Positions 39,131-52,564 are shown, counted from the first letter of the whole stretch. The stretch is 63,166 bases of DNA, filler included, from Rhabdomonas costata (GCA_019059605.1; 55 parts of 55 records of this genome joined end to end with filler, not necessarily neighbours in it); one strand, 5' to 3'. Notes: generated by a model not told the origin, from the sequence alone. Translations and numbers: made by a program.

Positions 39131-40132
39131 GGTGGCGACCTCTGCGACACTACCTGCCCCGGCACGCCCCAGTGCAGCGGGCAGGGAGTCTGCGCGGACG
39201 GAGTGCATTGCAGCTGGTGTCTGCCATGGATTTGCGTGCTAGTGCTTCGTGCTGCTGCCTTGTTTTTTTAACACAGCATGTGTGCTTTTTCCTCGATGGA
39301 TATGGTCTGGGGTTCGGGGAGGGGATCTTTTTTCCCTGCATCTCTTTTCCTTCATAATTTTCTTGATGGGGCCAATTGGCATCATGGCATTGGGGAGTGA
39401 ATAAGTGCGGCAGTTTGGGGTGTCTCTGTGGGCTTCTCAGCAACACGAACTTCTTCGGCTTCGACTGCAGCGGACAGTGCCCGTACGGCTTCGGAAAAGT
39501 CTGCTCCGGCAATGGTAGCTGCGATGACGGAAGCTTGGGCACTGGCGCGGTGTGGTTAACCGCCCTTCCCCAACAGAGGGAGGGCAGATGGGTGGGTGAG
39601 GATATGAGTGAAAGATATGCGCATCATTGCCCTCACAAGCACACTCTGACACTGTGACTGATTAACTCGAGTAATTGAGGAGTGCCAGCGAAAGACTGGA
39701 TGATCCATCGACTATTTCTATATTCCTCGGATTCTTGCAAGGTGTTTTCCCCTTGGTTACCACTGGGCTCTGTGTGGTACCTGTCGTTCTGGACCTCTGT
39801 ATGTCGCATCTGCTGCAAATCTCCAGCTGCAGTGCATATATTCCGGGGTCTGCAACCATCGATGCCGCTTCTTCCTTGCTGCAGTGCCGCTGCAGCTACG
39901 GCTATGGTGGAGTGGACTGCAGCCTGCCATTGCCCGGGATCACCTCCACGGGCAAGGTGTGCTCCGGCAATGGGGTGTACGTGACGACGACCTCCACACC
40001 CTACTGCCAGTGCAACGCGACGTACTATGGCCTGGACTGCTCACACCAGTGCCCGGGCACGGTGGGCACCCTGCCGTGCTCCGGCAACGGGACGTGCTCC
40101 GACGGCAGCGACGGGAACGGACTCTGCACTTG
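39131..40132 (+). CDS. EGF-like (tenascin/laminin-type) repeat protein; exons to 39216, 39441-39549, 39885-40132
   Basis: Repeated CPG..CSGNG.C.DG..G.G.C.C...YG.DC units; intron phases consistent. Confidence 0.88.
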
Positions 40133-41812
40133 GTTTGTTTCCGCGTCCACCCCCCCCCCCTCCCACCCGCCCNNNNNNNNNNNNNNNNNNNNNNNNNNNN
40201 NNNNNNNNNNNNNNNNTTAATTAATTAANNNNNNNNNNNNNNNNNNNNNNNNNNNNNNNNNNNNNNNNNNNNTTTGTGGTGGCCGATTACCAATTGAGTC
40301 AGTGCCACAATTGGTTTGCTATCACATCTCGATCAACAATGCTATCTCGCTCAGCTGGGATAGCCCTCTCAAGACTCGCGGCGCCGTATCCTTGGAAACA
40401 CCATGAACTCCGCCTTACACCATCACACACTGCGGATTTGCTCGTGAACACCGAGTGCAGGCCTCCAGTGTGATCGCCCCAAGTGCTCGAAGAGAAAAGG
40501 CAAGGGATGGCGGGAGATGGGCCGTTCGTGGGCACGTGCCTGCTCCCCGTATTGGTTGTAGAGTCTCAACTTCAACCGCAGACCTTCCTCGCGGAGGGTG
40601 GTGGTCTGGTCTGCCAGTAAGGGCTGAGGCCCACTGTGAAGGCAACAACAAAAGGAAAAGGGCATGGTAGCTACTCCATGGCCTCCTTTTGGTCCTTCCG
40701 GCAAAACACCACTGCTTTGGGTCGGGATAATGAAGGAGGTACACATATAGTAATTTTGAATCAGATCGTTCACGATTAAGAGTCTGGCATCTGAGGATCA
40801 GGCGTCTGTCTTTTCCACCTAATTGAATTTTGACATTCACAGGTGCTTTGGCATTTACAGTACAGTTTCTATTGAGGGCGTTTTCCTTGGAACGTGAGCA
40901 GAACGTGATAAACTCAAGATCCAGGCACCGTATGCGCTATGTCCATTGGACCGATGAAGGCGGATGACAACATGAGAGTAACCAAAGTCGTGCCCAAGGC
41001 TGTGCTTCCACCGTACCGCATACGCATCACACCACAATTGGTGAAGTGAGCCAAGAAATAGATTCTTAAAATTTGAAATAAAATTACCTCATGCAATATG
41101 CAATGTTCCACATGGGAACCTGTGAGTGCCCAGAGAGCTTTCCGGAATGAAATGCTTTCCTTCATAACATGGAGAGGAACAAATTTCTTATCAAGGATTT
41201 GCGCACACGTACGACGGGAAGAGCAGGAGGGGTGCAGAGAAAGACTACCCAGTCTCTCCCGCAGTGGTACTCGCACCCCATGGGTCACGGTCCACACTCA
41301 TTGAGAAGAGCAACAAAAACCCNNNNNNNNNNNNNNNNNNNNNNNNNNNNNNNNNNNNNNNNNNNNTTAATTAATTAANNNNNNNNNNNNNNNNNNNNNN
41401 NNNNNNNNNNNNNNNNNNNNNNTGTGTTGTGTTCTAGAAGCCTGAAAGCGAGTACTTATATTTTCAATTTTTCTTGATCCCTCAAGGCACGAGCAAAATA
41501 ATCTCGCACTAACATAAAAGAAGAAGTTCTGAGTGAAAACTATCATTACTTGTGAAAAGCCGGCCATTGCAGCTGAGGTTGATGCTGTTCTCTTGGGTTG
41601 GTGTACTTTCCAATTGCTTGCCTGTTTTCAAAGGTGGTTTTTCGGCGTGAGCTGGACAGAGTTCTTCGACTTTTGGTGAAAGTGAGTCCGGCACTGTTGT
41701 ACAGCACTTTCACGCTTTTTCAGGTTTCGCTTTTGGGTTGAATTGGTCTTCTGCTTCGGAATTGGAACATGGACTGAACCCCCTTTCCCCTTTCCTAACC
41801 CGTGTGTCACAG

Positions 41813-42428
41813 GGCTACTATGGAGGCACCTACCACAGCATTCACGAAAGTTCAAACGTCGTCTTTGTTTGTGTTTTATGTTGCGGACTCATCGGAGCTC
41901 TGTGTCTGTCCCTGCACATCATCTGGCTTTTTCTGAAGGTGTGCTCGTGTTGCTACTTGGTGCGGTACACTCACGGGTCACGCGCCAGCCACTGTTCTTG
42001 TCGGACCCTCCCGAACAATCGTTGTGGTTGTCAAAATTACTTTTAACATCACTTAATTAGTTCGCCCAAAACTTCACCCTATTCGATCTCCCAAGAATTG
42101 AAGAAACTGAGTTTGACACTTATCAACCAGACGTTTCCTATTCAAAATCCTAAAACCGTCGGTAAAAACTTTTTTCTTTTCCTGCTTTTTTGGTCTCACT
42201 TCAGCGCAAGCTAGGCGAGATTTACCCCCAATCAAACAGTTCGTAACGAAGCGGACAGCAGCGGAGTTTTGCTATTGAATCCGCGTCCTTTGTGGTTTGC
42301 GGCTGTGCCTTCACCATTTCTCGCTTCATCTTCAGGATGTTCGGTGGCTTGTTGCGTTGTGGAGGCTTCCAGTCCATCAGCACCCACTGATGACCTCTCT
42401 TGTTCAGCACGCTTTGATTCTCAGACAG
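41813..42428 (+). CDS. Membrane protein, TMEM129-like; exons 41813-41938 and 42336-42428
   Basis: GYYxG...TM helix...HPLxxxLxxxAL spacing resembles TMEM129; phase-0 GT-AG intron. Confidence 0.45.
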
Positions 42429-43750
42429 GTCGGTTTTTGTGGGTTGGAATGCATTCCAGTCGCCCCAACAAANNNNNNNNNNNNNNNNNNNNNNNNNNNN
42501 NNNNNNNNNNNNNNNNTTAATTAATTAANNNNNNNNNNNNNNNNNNNNNNNNNNNNNNNNNNNNNNNNNNNNTTTTTGTGGTAAGATCTAGAATGTGTTT
42601 AAGTGCTGCAAATTTTGTAACAGAGTATTTGAGAAAATAGAACGTCGAGAACAAATATCACGGCATGGCTCCGGAACACTACCAGGTAACGCTTTTTGGC
42701 TCGCATGCTAGGCGGTTGTGTGCCATTGAGTCTCATCACATCACAGAATCAAGACTTTACTACTTGATCAATTGAATATGATGACTAAAAGAAGGTAAAC
42801 AAAAGCAATGACTGTTGGATGTGTGGATCATGGATGCTTTTTGGTGAGACGGCTATCTGTATTGAGCGTAGAATTCACTCATAATGCGTCAGAGTCGTGG
42901 AAAACGTTAGAGCCACCAGAAACGTAATCACTGCAGAGTGTTGGTGTATCAGTGCCTGATGTATATAATTGTCGCTGTCTCTATATGTAGTAATGTGGAT
43001 ACGGCTCATTTTAGTAACAAGCAAAAACTGTGTCTTTTGTGGCCATAACGAGGACGTGTGTCTGTTGCGATTTTGAATACATACCTGAGGAACAATCTGC
43101 CCAAAATATCTGCGAATACTGTTACATGCGATGCGCGGAATTTAAATCCAAAATGTGGTGATACAGTATAACGTTAGATATACGCGTTAGATGAACTCCG
43201 CAATAGAATCAAAAAGAATCTAAAGATAATAGTGAGTTGAGTAGTAAGGAAGTATGGAAAATCAAGTGAAGCTTATTAAGTCCATGCTAAAATGTGCTTG
43301 CTGGTCTTAAGCTTGATACATGATGCTGGCCTAATACCAAGAGAAATATGAACGGTGGTATGTTGTGTATACAGGCCAGTAAACCAGTTATTTCAACCGC
43401 CTGTTTTTGTTAAATATGTTGCAGAAAAATCACGTTATCAGGCACGGCGTTTTTGTACTTTCGTGCTCAAAACACATGAGCATTAATGCAGTGGTTCTGT
43501 GATTTGATGATTTTCATTGCACTATTGTGTAATTTGAAAACAACTTCTTTAGCACTTAAATTCAAAATACGCTATTTTTATTGATTGTGTATTAATAGTT
43601 TGTAAACTGAGGTTAACAAANNNNNNNNNNNNNNNNNNNNNNNNNNNNNNNNNNNNNNNNNNNNTTAATTAATTAANNNNNNNNNNNNNNNNNNNNNNNN
43701 NNNNNNNNNNNNNNNNNNNNTGGCCTTTTCGGACTGTTGTTCTGGTTCAG

Positions 43751-43848
43751 ATGGGCTCGCTTGCCTTGCTGGAGCAGGAGGCTCTGAAGACCAAGCCCGG
43801 GCCTGACGTCATCTCGGAGATGAGCAATCTGAGCGGCCGAATCGATTT
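43751..43848 (+). CDS. Exon of an unknown protein
   Basis: MGSLALLEQEALKTKPGPDVISEMSNLSGRID between CAG| and |GTGCGT. Confidence 0.4.
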
Positions 43849-44165
43849 GTGCGTGCTTGCATTGTGCTTCAGGGTGGGGAACAATGAGGGAACCTTGGGG
43901 AGGGGGTGACGGACGGTGCCCTTTCGCCAATGGTTGTGCGGTTGCGCAAAGTTAAAATGAGACGAAACTACAGGGATAATGGGGTTTCTGGCGAGGTCAT
44001 AAAATAAGACCCTTCTGGTTTGGACAGAAATTTTCCCTCCATTTCTAAGACCATACACCAAAACCGCTGCGTGGGAACGTGGACAAGACCAGTAAAGAGC
44101 AACTAAGTCAGTTTTCGCATTATTCTGTATCGGTACCCAAATGACACTACGAGTAGAGGGCTAAG

Positions 44166-44304
44166 CCGAAGCAGGCCTGGGGTCTTTTGTATATACAGCA
44201 GGCCTCCCGAAGGCCGGTCCTTGGGGTCAGGAGAGTCCCGACCTTTCACCTCGGCCGGTGACGGTGCCCCTTGGCGGCTCTTTCGTAACCCTTTTGCGCC
44301 GCTT
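44166..44304 (-). repeat. Dispersed repeat family B, copy 2
   Basis: Homologous to 1461-1608. Confidence 0.7.
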
Positions 44305-45426
44305 CTTGCCCCACGCAGCACCCAAACCAGTACCCAAACCATGCAGCATAAATGGGAGGTCAATCCCCATTTTGAACATGCCAAGAGCAAGGTGATGGTG
44401 GTGACGCTGGTTTTTATGGGTGGTGATAGTGTCGAGTACTAAAATCATTTAAAATCATTTAATGTCCGAGAGGTATACCATTTTTTGCGGTTAGGGCGTT
44501 ACTTTTGGACACTGTAGTTACGAAAATCAACTCCGGTTCAACCGTTAAGAGTTTCGTTACGGTTTGAAGTTTCGTTGGAGTTTCTGTGCTTTTTCTGTAA
44601 AAAAAAATTATTTAATGTAACACCGCCACTCATTATAGATCTTGATTTCATGGTCTGTGTAATAGCTTTGTTCGAGATGCTTTGTTCTTGGCATATTCAA
44701 AATGGGGATTGATCATCGTGGTTCCACAGAGCCTGGCTCCCCCTTTTGAATATGCCAAGAACAAACCACANNNNNNNNNNNNNNNNNNNNNNNNNNNNNN
44801 NNNNNNNNNNNNNNTTAATTAATTAANNNNNNNNNNNNNNNNNNNNNNNNNNNNNNNNNNNNNNNNNNNNGTGGGGTGGGGTCCTCATGCCAGGAAACTC
44901 GTTGGGAAGGTGGCCGCGGCTCTCAAGTGCGGTGGCTCAGGTCCCTGCTGCGCGGTTTCGACGGAGGACACCCTGCCGCTGCCTCTGAAGCTGCTCCAAC
45001 GCGTCAAGGTGATCAAGGTGAGCATCCCCACTCGAGAGGAGTTGAGCCACACATTGTAGATTGGAAAAGGCAATAATTTACACCGGAAACTGTTGCCAAC
45101 AAAAGGAATGTAAACAATTTGTTTTACCAAATTGTTTCATCACCACGCGGCGAAGAAAAGAACCGTGACCGTGAGGCAGGAACAGCTAGGAAAAGAGCAG
45201 GAAGGGGGATGTGGTTGTTGTGGGTTGTCTTTACATTTTTACCTTTTTAAAACCGGAGATGACCATCCTTGATCCATTCTTGGATGATACATGATTTTTC
45301 TTCACGAAAAAAACCGGAGCTGGTCCATTATTAATCCCTTTATCCATACCTTTACGGTAGGGGTGCTTTTTCTTGTTCATTTCAATCCTGGTGAAGGTTG
45401 GGTGGTGATACCCTCTGTTTTGGCAG

Positions 45427-45919
45427 AAACTGCTCATTTTTATCTTGATGGCGCTCTGTTCTGGTATGTCTTGGAAGAGCCTTCCTGGTAATGTTCGTTG
45501 CAATGACGGAAGTGTTGCTGGGTACTGGTTTCGTCCTGCTAAAAGTTCCGTCCGACCCGTCAGCACACATTGGCTGTTGTACTTTTGCGGCGGCTGGTAC
45601 TGCTATGATTCGCACACTTGTGGGAAAAGGTTTCAGGTTCATCGGAATCTGATGAGCTCAACAAACAACACTCCTCTTTGCTCAGGTGCTGGCTGTCCAT
45701 TTCTGCTTCTCCTTGGAAAACCGAGTATTTTGTGTTTGTCCAAGTCCGATTCAAATCAAGGTTGCATTCGTTGTCTTTGCCTTTGGTGCAGGCATACTGA
45801 GTCACGACGTTGGAGTGAACCCTGTTTTTTCGGGTTGGAACGTAGCTCATCTCCCCTACTGCAGCAGTGACTTGTGGGCTGGCAATGCGCGGCGCGGCCG
45901 CTGGATTTTCAATGGCTTT
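45427..45919 (+). CDS. NOTUM/pectinacetylesterase-family hydrolase; exons ~45427-45685 and 45792-45919
   Basis: CNDGSVAGYW...WLLYFCGGWYCYD...LMSS|GILS...NPVFSGWNVAHLPYCSSDLWAG. Confidence 0.9.
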
Positions 45920-46141
45920 NNNNNNNNNNNNNNNNNNNNNNNNNNNNNNNNNNNNNNNNNNNNTTAATTAATTAANNNNNNNNNNNNNNNNNNNNNNNNN
46001 NNNNNNNNNNNNNNNNNNNGGGGTTTTGGAAATGTTTTCTTGCATCAAAACTGCATCCTTGTGGCGACAGTGGCAGCTGGTACGAAGAGAGCAACTCCTG
46101 CACATCCTTATCTGACAACTCATCAAACTGTATGCAGATAC

Positions 46142-46519
46142 CTCCACCGAGGACATCGCCAGCTCCTGCACCCCGCTCAGCGCGGCCTGGCCAGTCCGCC
46201 ACGAGATCATCCACAGCGTCACCGCCGGCCCCACAGCAAACACACATAGTACGGCCACAAAGATCACTCTCAGGGGAATACCCCGGCTCCTGACAAGGCC
46301 CCAGGAGGACCCTCGGGGCGACCCCGGCTCGGAGTTGGGGAAGCCCACAACGGTACCCAGTGGAGAGGGGGGCTCTTCAGCCTCTGCGGAGATCGCCTGG
46401 ATGGGGCTGCTGTGGTGGTCCTGAATGCCACTGCTGTGATGGCTAGAGGAATGCGGCAAGGGGCTGTCGAGGGCGTGTGGGGCGACGACGGTGGACGGGG
46501 AGTTCTCGAAGGAGAGCAT
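46142..46519 (-). CDS. N-terminal exon of a membrane receptor-like protein
   Basis: S/P-rich N-terminus, then TM helix IPLRVIFVAVLCVFAVGPAVTLWMISW; |GTATCT donor. Confidence 0.6.
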
Positions 46520-47193
46520 TTTGGGGAAGTTTCAGGGGGAACCGGGATCGTCAGTCAAGGCTTAAAAACCGTAAAAGAAAACTGCGCTAGAAGAACATAC
46601 TCGAAAGCAGCGGAAAATAGGTGGTGGGAAATAGATCAAGGTGAGCGAGGGGAGGGGAAAGAGCGAAAGCACAAGGAAAGAGGCGCCACCAAAGAAAAGA
46701 GATGCTGAGAAGGGAGGTGCGACGGTGGGTGGGGACACACGCGAAACTGGCACAAGACATTGGTGAAGCACAACTGAACGACACACACGTGTGCAAGTTG
46801 TGGCTGGCAAGAATGCCAGAAGTGCTCCCGTCAACAAGCATTGTCTTGCCACATGAACAGGGGACCGCATAACTGCTTTATGGGCCGGTGATTTATTGCT
46901 CGTGTCAACTGGGTGCCACCTCAAACGTGAGACATGAAGAAAGTGGCACTACTGACACAGCGTACCAACCCACCTGCCGAAAAGGCACCGGCACCGAGAA
47001 TGGACAAAAAGTTCAAATTGCGCAACTTTCCCCCACACTACGCCAATGCGTAGTAACCACAACACCCCNNNNNNNNNNNNNNNNNNNNNNNNNNNNNNNN
47101 NNNNNNNNNNNNTTAATTAATTAANNNNNNNNNNNNNNNNNNNNNNNNNNNNNNNNNNNNNNNNNNNNGTGGTGTTGTGCGCCCTCTCTCCAG

Positions 47194-47979
47194 GTCCTCC
47201 AAGTGTTGAGGGAGACCGCCACGGACCCCGCGGCGGAGCCCTTTAGCAGCGGGTGGGCCGCGCTTTTCCGGATCTGGGGGGTGCACCGTGACTGCCTGGA
47301 TTCCGCCGTGTTGACCTGCCTGGCAGGGAAGCCACCGCGAGCCCAGGAGCAAGTCCTGCTGAGCTTCGCCGCGATTGATCTGCGCAGCGTGCACAACCTT
47401 TCGGCGTACCTCAACTGCCTCATCAAGGAGCATGACACTACCAGCCAGGCTGATTTCCCTTGCTCTCCACCCTCGATTCCAGGACGCTCAAGTGCCCCCA
47501 TCCACTTCTGACCTGCGGTGGAGAGGCAAGGCAGTCAGAACAAGCGAAGCAGCCATGCAGGGGAGCGAGAATGAAGCAGGGGGTGGCGCCATGGTATTTC
47601 CGCCCTCAGTTGAGCGACGTTAATCCACCGGAGACAAGGCTACAAAATTTTGTGGTGGTTTGTGTCGTTTGTCAGCCGCCGCCTGCTGCCCTGGTCGTCA
47701 AGGCTGCATTTCTCATCCGCATCGTTTTTCTTGTTCCCTGGATGCCGTCATTCGTTGGCTTGCAAGGTTTCGATGTGTCTCTGCAGGTAGAATGGTGCCC
47801 CCCTTCCTTCCATTGTGTGGGGATACTTAGGTTTGCCTGCACTTTCTGGCCGGGCTGTGCGACGAGTCGTCGGAGTGCCCCTACGTGCACCCTGTGAACA
47901 CCCCAGGTTGGAACGCCCTGGAGGAGCGCTGGGGAGTGACCTACAAGGACCTGGACTACGCCGTGCTGAACTACCTCAG
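47194..47979 (+). CDS. hnRNP-Q acidic-domain-like region, CCCH zinc finger and start of a second acidic-like domain (ZC3H41-like); exons 47194-47448 and 47831-47979
   Basis: DLRSVHNLSAYLNCLIK; CLHFLAGLCDESSECPYVH (CX7CX5CX3H); WGV..KDLDYAVLNYL repeats WGV..DCLDSAVLTCL. Confidence 0.7.
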
Positions 47980-50871
47980 GCACCTCCGCACCCTTCACCC
48001 CGCTTCCCAGCCCACACTGAAGCCTTATCAATCTCTCTGAAATGACCCTGATTCTCCTCGCACATTTATTGCCGATAAAGGCACTCTCTGACCAGAAGCC
48101 TTTTTCAGTCAGTGGAGGCTAGGGTTAGAGCTGTTAACACAGCTCATTGGGAGCACCGCTCAGTGCCCCACCCCATTGCATTTTAAGACATGAGAGAGAT
48201 GCTGATCCTGAACAAATNNNNNNNNNNNNNNNNNNNNNNNNNNNNNNNNNNNNNNNNNNNNTTAATTAATTAANNNNNNNNNNNNNNNNNNNNNNNNNNN
48301 NNNNNNNNNNNNNNNNNCGACGTCGAACCTTCCGCTTTCTGCGCTTTCGATTGGACTGGCTGCCATGGAACCTACTCTGGCCATTTCTGAAACGACTCAC
48401 TTCAAAGAAAAAGGCACGTGGAGTAGAAAGATAGAGCGCGAGATGAAAGCAGTAAAGAACAGCACACACAGCAAGAGACGTGCACCATGACATGACTAAG
48501 AACCCCACTACACGGAGGCCTCACGTTCCAGCAGTGACGCTTTTCGGGCGTCACCCTTTTCCTCCTAAGGGGACCTTTGCCACTGAAGGGAGGCAGTGAG
48601 CTACGGCAGGTGGCGCTGAGAGAGGGGTGGGTCCCTAAGTGCCCAAAAGTGGGCAAAAGAGAGTACTGAGGAGAAGATAGAGGAGGGAGGGGGATATGGG
48701 AATATGATGTGGCTCTGGCGTCGGCACCCGTCCTTGGTAAAGCTCCTTGGTGGGGGAGCAGCTTCCATGGAGTGAAGGAGGTCACTCATTCCTCGGTCTG
48801 CGGTGTGTGTGTGTGACAAGGAGACAAGACGACACCAAATATCCGTCTTCGGTGTTCAGGAAGGCCCAGGATAATATTTGGTAATAGAGGCTTTACAGAA
48901 GCCCGCTGGGTCGACACTCTAGTGTGATCCCAACTGCGGAGCACGGAAATCCTCCCAGCATACTCGGAGACTCAGGCAACCAATATTCCCGCTAATTTTC
49001 AGGAGCCAGGATCTGGGGGTTTGCAAGAGCGGCGGAGGCAGCTGCTGGAGGAGGTACGTAGTGTGAGGGCCACCCATTGCAAACAACCGCAAGCTATCGC
49101 CCTCGAAGGCATCCAGAATTAAAAGAGAACCCCCCCCCTCCAGCAAGGACCCGCTGATCCACTATAATGAACAATCACGCACGCTCTATTGAAGCACAAA
49201 ACGGCAGCCCAAGGTGACGACAGTCAAATACGGGAGTTCATGCCCACACTAGCAGTATAGTTGCCAGAAACATAGTTAAAAGCCTCTTCCCATCCCAAAC
49301 ACCTCACACCAGGTTGAGCTGCTTCAGCACAGCGGTCGCAGCCTCCACCCCAGAAATATCCACAANNNNNNNNNNNNNNNNNNNNNNNNNNNNNNNNNNN
49401 NNNNNNNNNTTAATTAATTAANNNNNNNNNNNNNNNNNNNNNNNNNNNNNNNNNNNNNNNNNNNNGACAAAAATGCTTGCATTTCTATAAAATGGTCATG
49501 AATGACGACCGGAGCAGGGACTTTTTCGCTGCGAAAAATGTGCCGAGGGTGTCGCCGATGACTTGCAACGTTGACCGTGGACCGGTGTCTGGTGGGTGAT
49601 TCACCCTTCAAAACACGAGCCTACAGGAATATGCTCAGCCACCGGAGTCCTCCATCGTCATGCCCAGATATTGCCTTTCGGTCCACTTTTGGCATTTCAA
49701 GCCATTTAACCTTCCCAGGGTCCGGATGAACAGCCTATGCCTCATCGTGACGCAAGAGTGGGCAGGAATGGTCCTCCTTGCAGCCTGGAGCCCTCGCAAG
49801 GATGACCCGCATTTTCATTTTCATTTTCTATCGCCGCGGGCGACCACTACTTTCCACAAGAGTGCAGTGAGGTGTACTTTCTGGCTTCCTGGCACATCGG
49901 TACACCACTGCGTCTGCGGTGCTTCAGCTGGTATTTTTTGTCGTCGCTTTAACACGCAGCAAAGCACAACGCACTTTCGCACCCCCCCCCCTCTCGGCAT
50001 TCTTCGGTTTTTTGGAACACAACACACTGAAAGGTATAGTGCATAGGGCACACAACACCACAGTTCTGTGGAGTACCAGAATAACAAAGGACAACGGGAT
50101 CCAAACAGGCATGAGGGATAGAGAGATGTTCTGTGGGGCGATGGGCATCCCGAGCTGCCCAGTTCCGCGCTGGCATGATGAGGGGGCAGCCATCTACAAG
50201 GAAGAGCACTGCCGTAGCGCGCGTTCACACAACACAGTCTCATAAGCACAGCAAAGTGAAGGGAGGCATTTTCTGAGTGTGACCCTTCGCCAGGTCAGTT
50301 GCTAAAAAGAAGGGAACAGAAGAGAAGAGCACAAATGAGAAACAAAAGAGAAAGCAGAACGGCAGACCCATTGCCAACAAATGAGAGTGGCCCTTTTCAG
50401 TGGATCCATTCTCTCAGCTCTCCCGTCCCTCATCTATCGTTTGCCAGCAGCATCCCCACCCCAACCACACAATTAAGATTATTCAACACACTTGTTCAGA
50501 AAAAGTACCACACCCNNNNNNNNNNNNNNNNNNNNNNNNNNNNNNNNNNNNNNNNNNNNTTAATTAATTAANNNNNNNNNNNNNNNNNNNNNNNNNNNNN
50601 NNNNNNNNNNNNNNNGGGGGTGTTGGTGTGTGTGTGTGTGTGTTTGCCTTTGTTTATGCTTTCTTGCGGCGTTTGCAAGCGAAACGTGCCGACGGGCAAT
50701 AACATGTAGCCTTGGAAGTCGAAAGAAGACAACCACGACGATCCTTTTCTTGATCGAATGTTGTTAATTTTCGTTTCGACTCCAGGCAATGGTTAACTCC
50801 AAGTTAAAATTTCCCGGGAAAGTTCTCAACATCTCAACCTTCAAAAAGCGGGTTAAGGAAAACGACACGCG

Positions 50872-51050
50872 CAGACGCACCAGGGCAAGAAGTGATTGAC
50901 GCAATTCGAAAGCTTGCCGCAAGATGGCAGGAATAGCGGGCAGAAATAGAGGGCAGGGATCCGAAAGAAAAGCTCCAAGGGTCGTTCCCGCGAGAAAAAG
51001 CCCCAGCCCACAACGAAGGAGAGGGAAGTTGCAGAGAACCGAGCAGCCAG
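50872..51050 (+). mobile_element. Diverged relative of family A (upstream and middle part)
   Basis: GACGCACCAGGGC..GCAGGAATAGC..ATCCGAAAGAAAAGCTCCAAG..GCCCCAGCCC shared with 55875-56100. Confidence 0.7.
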
Positions 51051-52564
51051 CGGGCCAAGTGAGCCGCGCGAAAATGAACCGAGACCTTTGGGGCTGGGGG
51101 GCGAATACGCGGGTGCCCGGCAAGTAGCGGCGCGGCCTCTGTACGAAGGCCCCGAGGGGTAACCAAGGGGAAACCGAGGGGGAAAGGAGCACGACGCGGT
51201 TCAATCTCACGAAATTCCCTGGGCCTTCTCGTCTTTCCGTCGCCCCTGGTCGATTTTTTCGGGCATTCGAAATCGGAACCGCCACGAGTTCGACCAGAAA
51301 CATTGGAACATCAATTTATGCGAAAGGTTGTGGTTGGGTCTTTTCTCCATAGCACCCGCGGCGCGGGCGCAGGTTAATCGTGGCATTCCGGCTGGGCAGC
51401 CGGCCGCTGGTGATCGCCCAGAGGTGGGGCCAACTCCCCGACAAGCCGGGTGGGCTCACACGCGCGCCGGGCGGATCATCACCCACAGCACGGGAGGGAA
51501 TATCCAGACCATAAACATAGGCGAAGGGCCCATTTAAAAGGCTTTTACGCCTTAAATAAGCCACGCGGAAATAAGTCATACGCGCCCGCGGCAAGCAGAG
51601 GTACCGCCTTGAACCCAAAGGAGCGGCGGGAGGCCGCACGCCCGCACTTTCCCCCCAACACAAANNNNNNNNNNNNNNNNNNNNNNNNNNNNNNNNNNNN
51701 NNNNNNNNTTAATTAATTAANNNNNNNNNNNNNNNNNNNNNNNNNNNNNNNNNNNNNNNNNNNNTGTGGGTTGGCTGTGGGAAAGCACACTCCTGGATTG
51801 TGTAATGGTGAGGAGTAACTTGTGTGGTGGGAGGACTGCAGCAAAACTGGTGTGTGCGTGGGATGCTGGATGAGATGAAAGCTTCCGTGTGGATTTCAAT
51901 GTGCGATTTGCAAAAACGTCATTCTGCAAAACTCATGTTAAAACAAGTATGGAGGTTCCGTCTGACCTCTGCATTTGTGGAAAATCCGTGCTATTTTTTG
52001 GAACAAAGTGAGCGGCACCTCCCTCCTTGTCTGTGGTCACAGAGAGGTTGCAGTTCTTGCACACGCATGTGAAATTCACGCTTTGCCGATTACTGCTGGA
52101 ACGCGTAGCTGGTGCTACAAAAGAGCGCGAACCAGCAGGATATGATAGGGGAGCTTGACAGCAGATGGGAACCACTTCTCTATCCTGCATTGTTCCCAAC
52201 AGGTCTCTTTATTGGGCAGGCTGGTGCCGTGACGTGGCGTTTTGTTCGCTGGATGGTCTTCCGAAATGCCATCTGACTTCATCTTTCCCCAAGTGAATTT
52301 CGGCAGACACCCAGAGGATGGTCTCAGTTGGTCGGAGGTTTTCGGGACATAACGTATATAAAGATCGCAATTGACCGCTCATCTGTTTAGAATTCGGAAA
52401 GTTCGGAGATGCTTAAAACTTAACGAATTAAACGTAGTGGGCAGTACATTTCGAATGATTAAACTGAGGGAGGCCCATGGGGCTTGATTGACAACTGTTA
52501 TCAAAAGGTTTTTTGTGTGTCTCACATTATACCACGACACTGTTATGTTTGTGGTATTTCTCAG

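Noticed and set aside
50268..50280. TTTCTGAGTGT resembling the euglenid spliced leader
   Set aside because: Only about 11 nt match, with no following T-tract or GT donor
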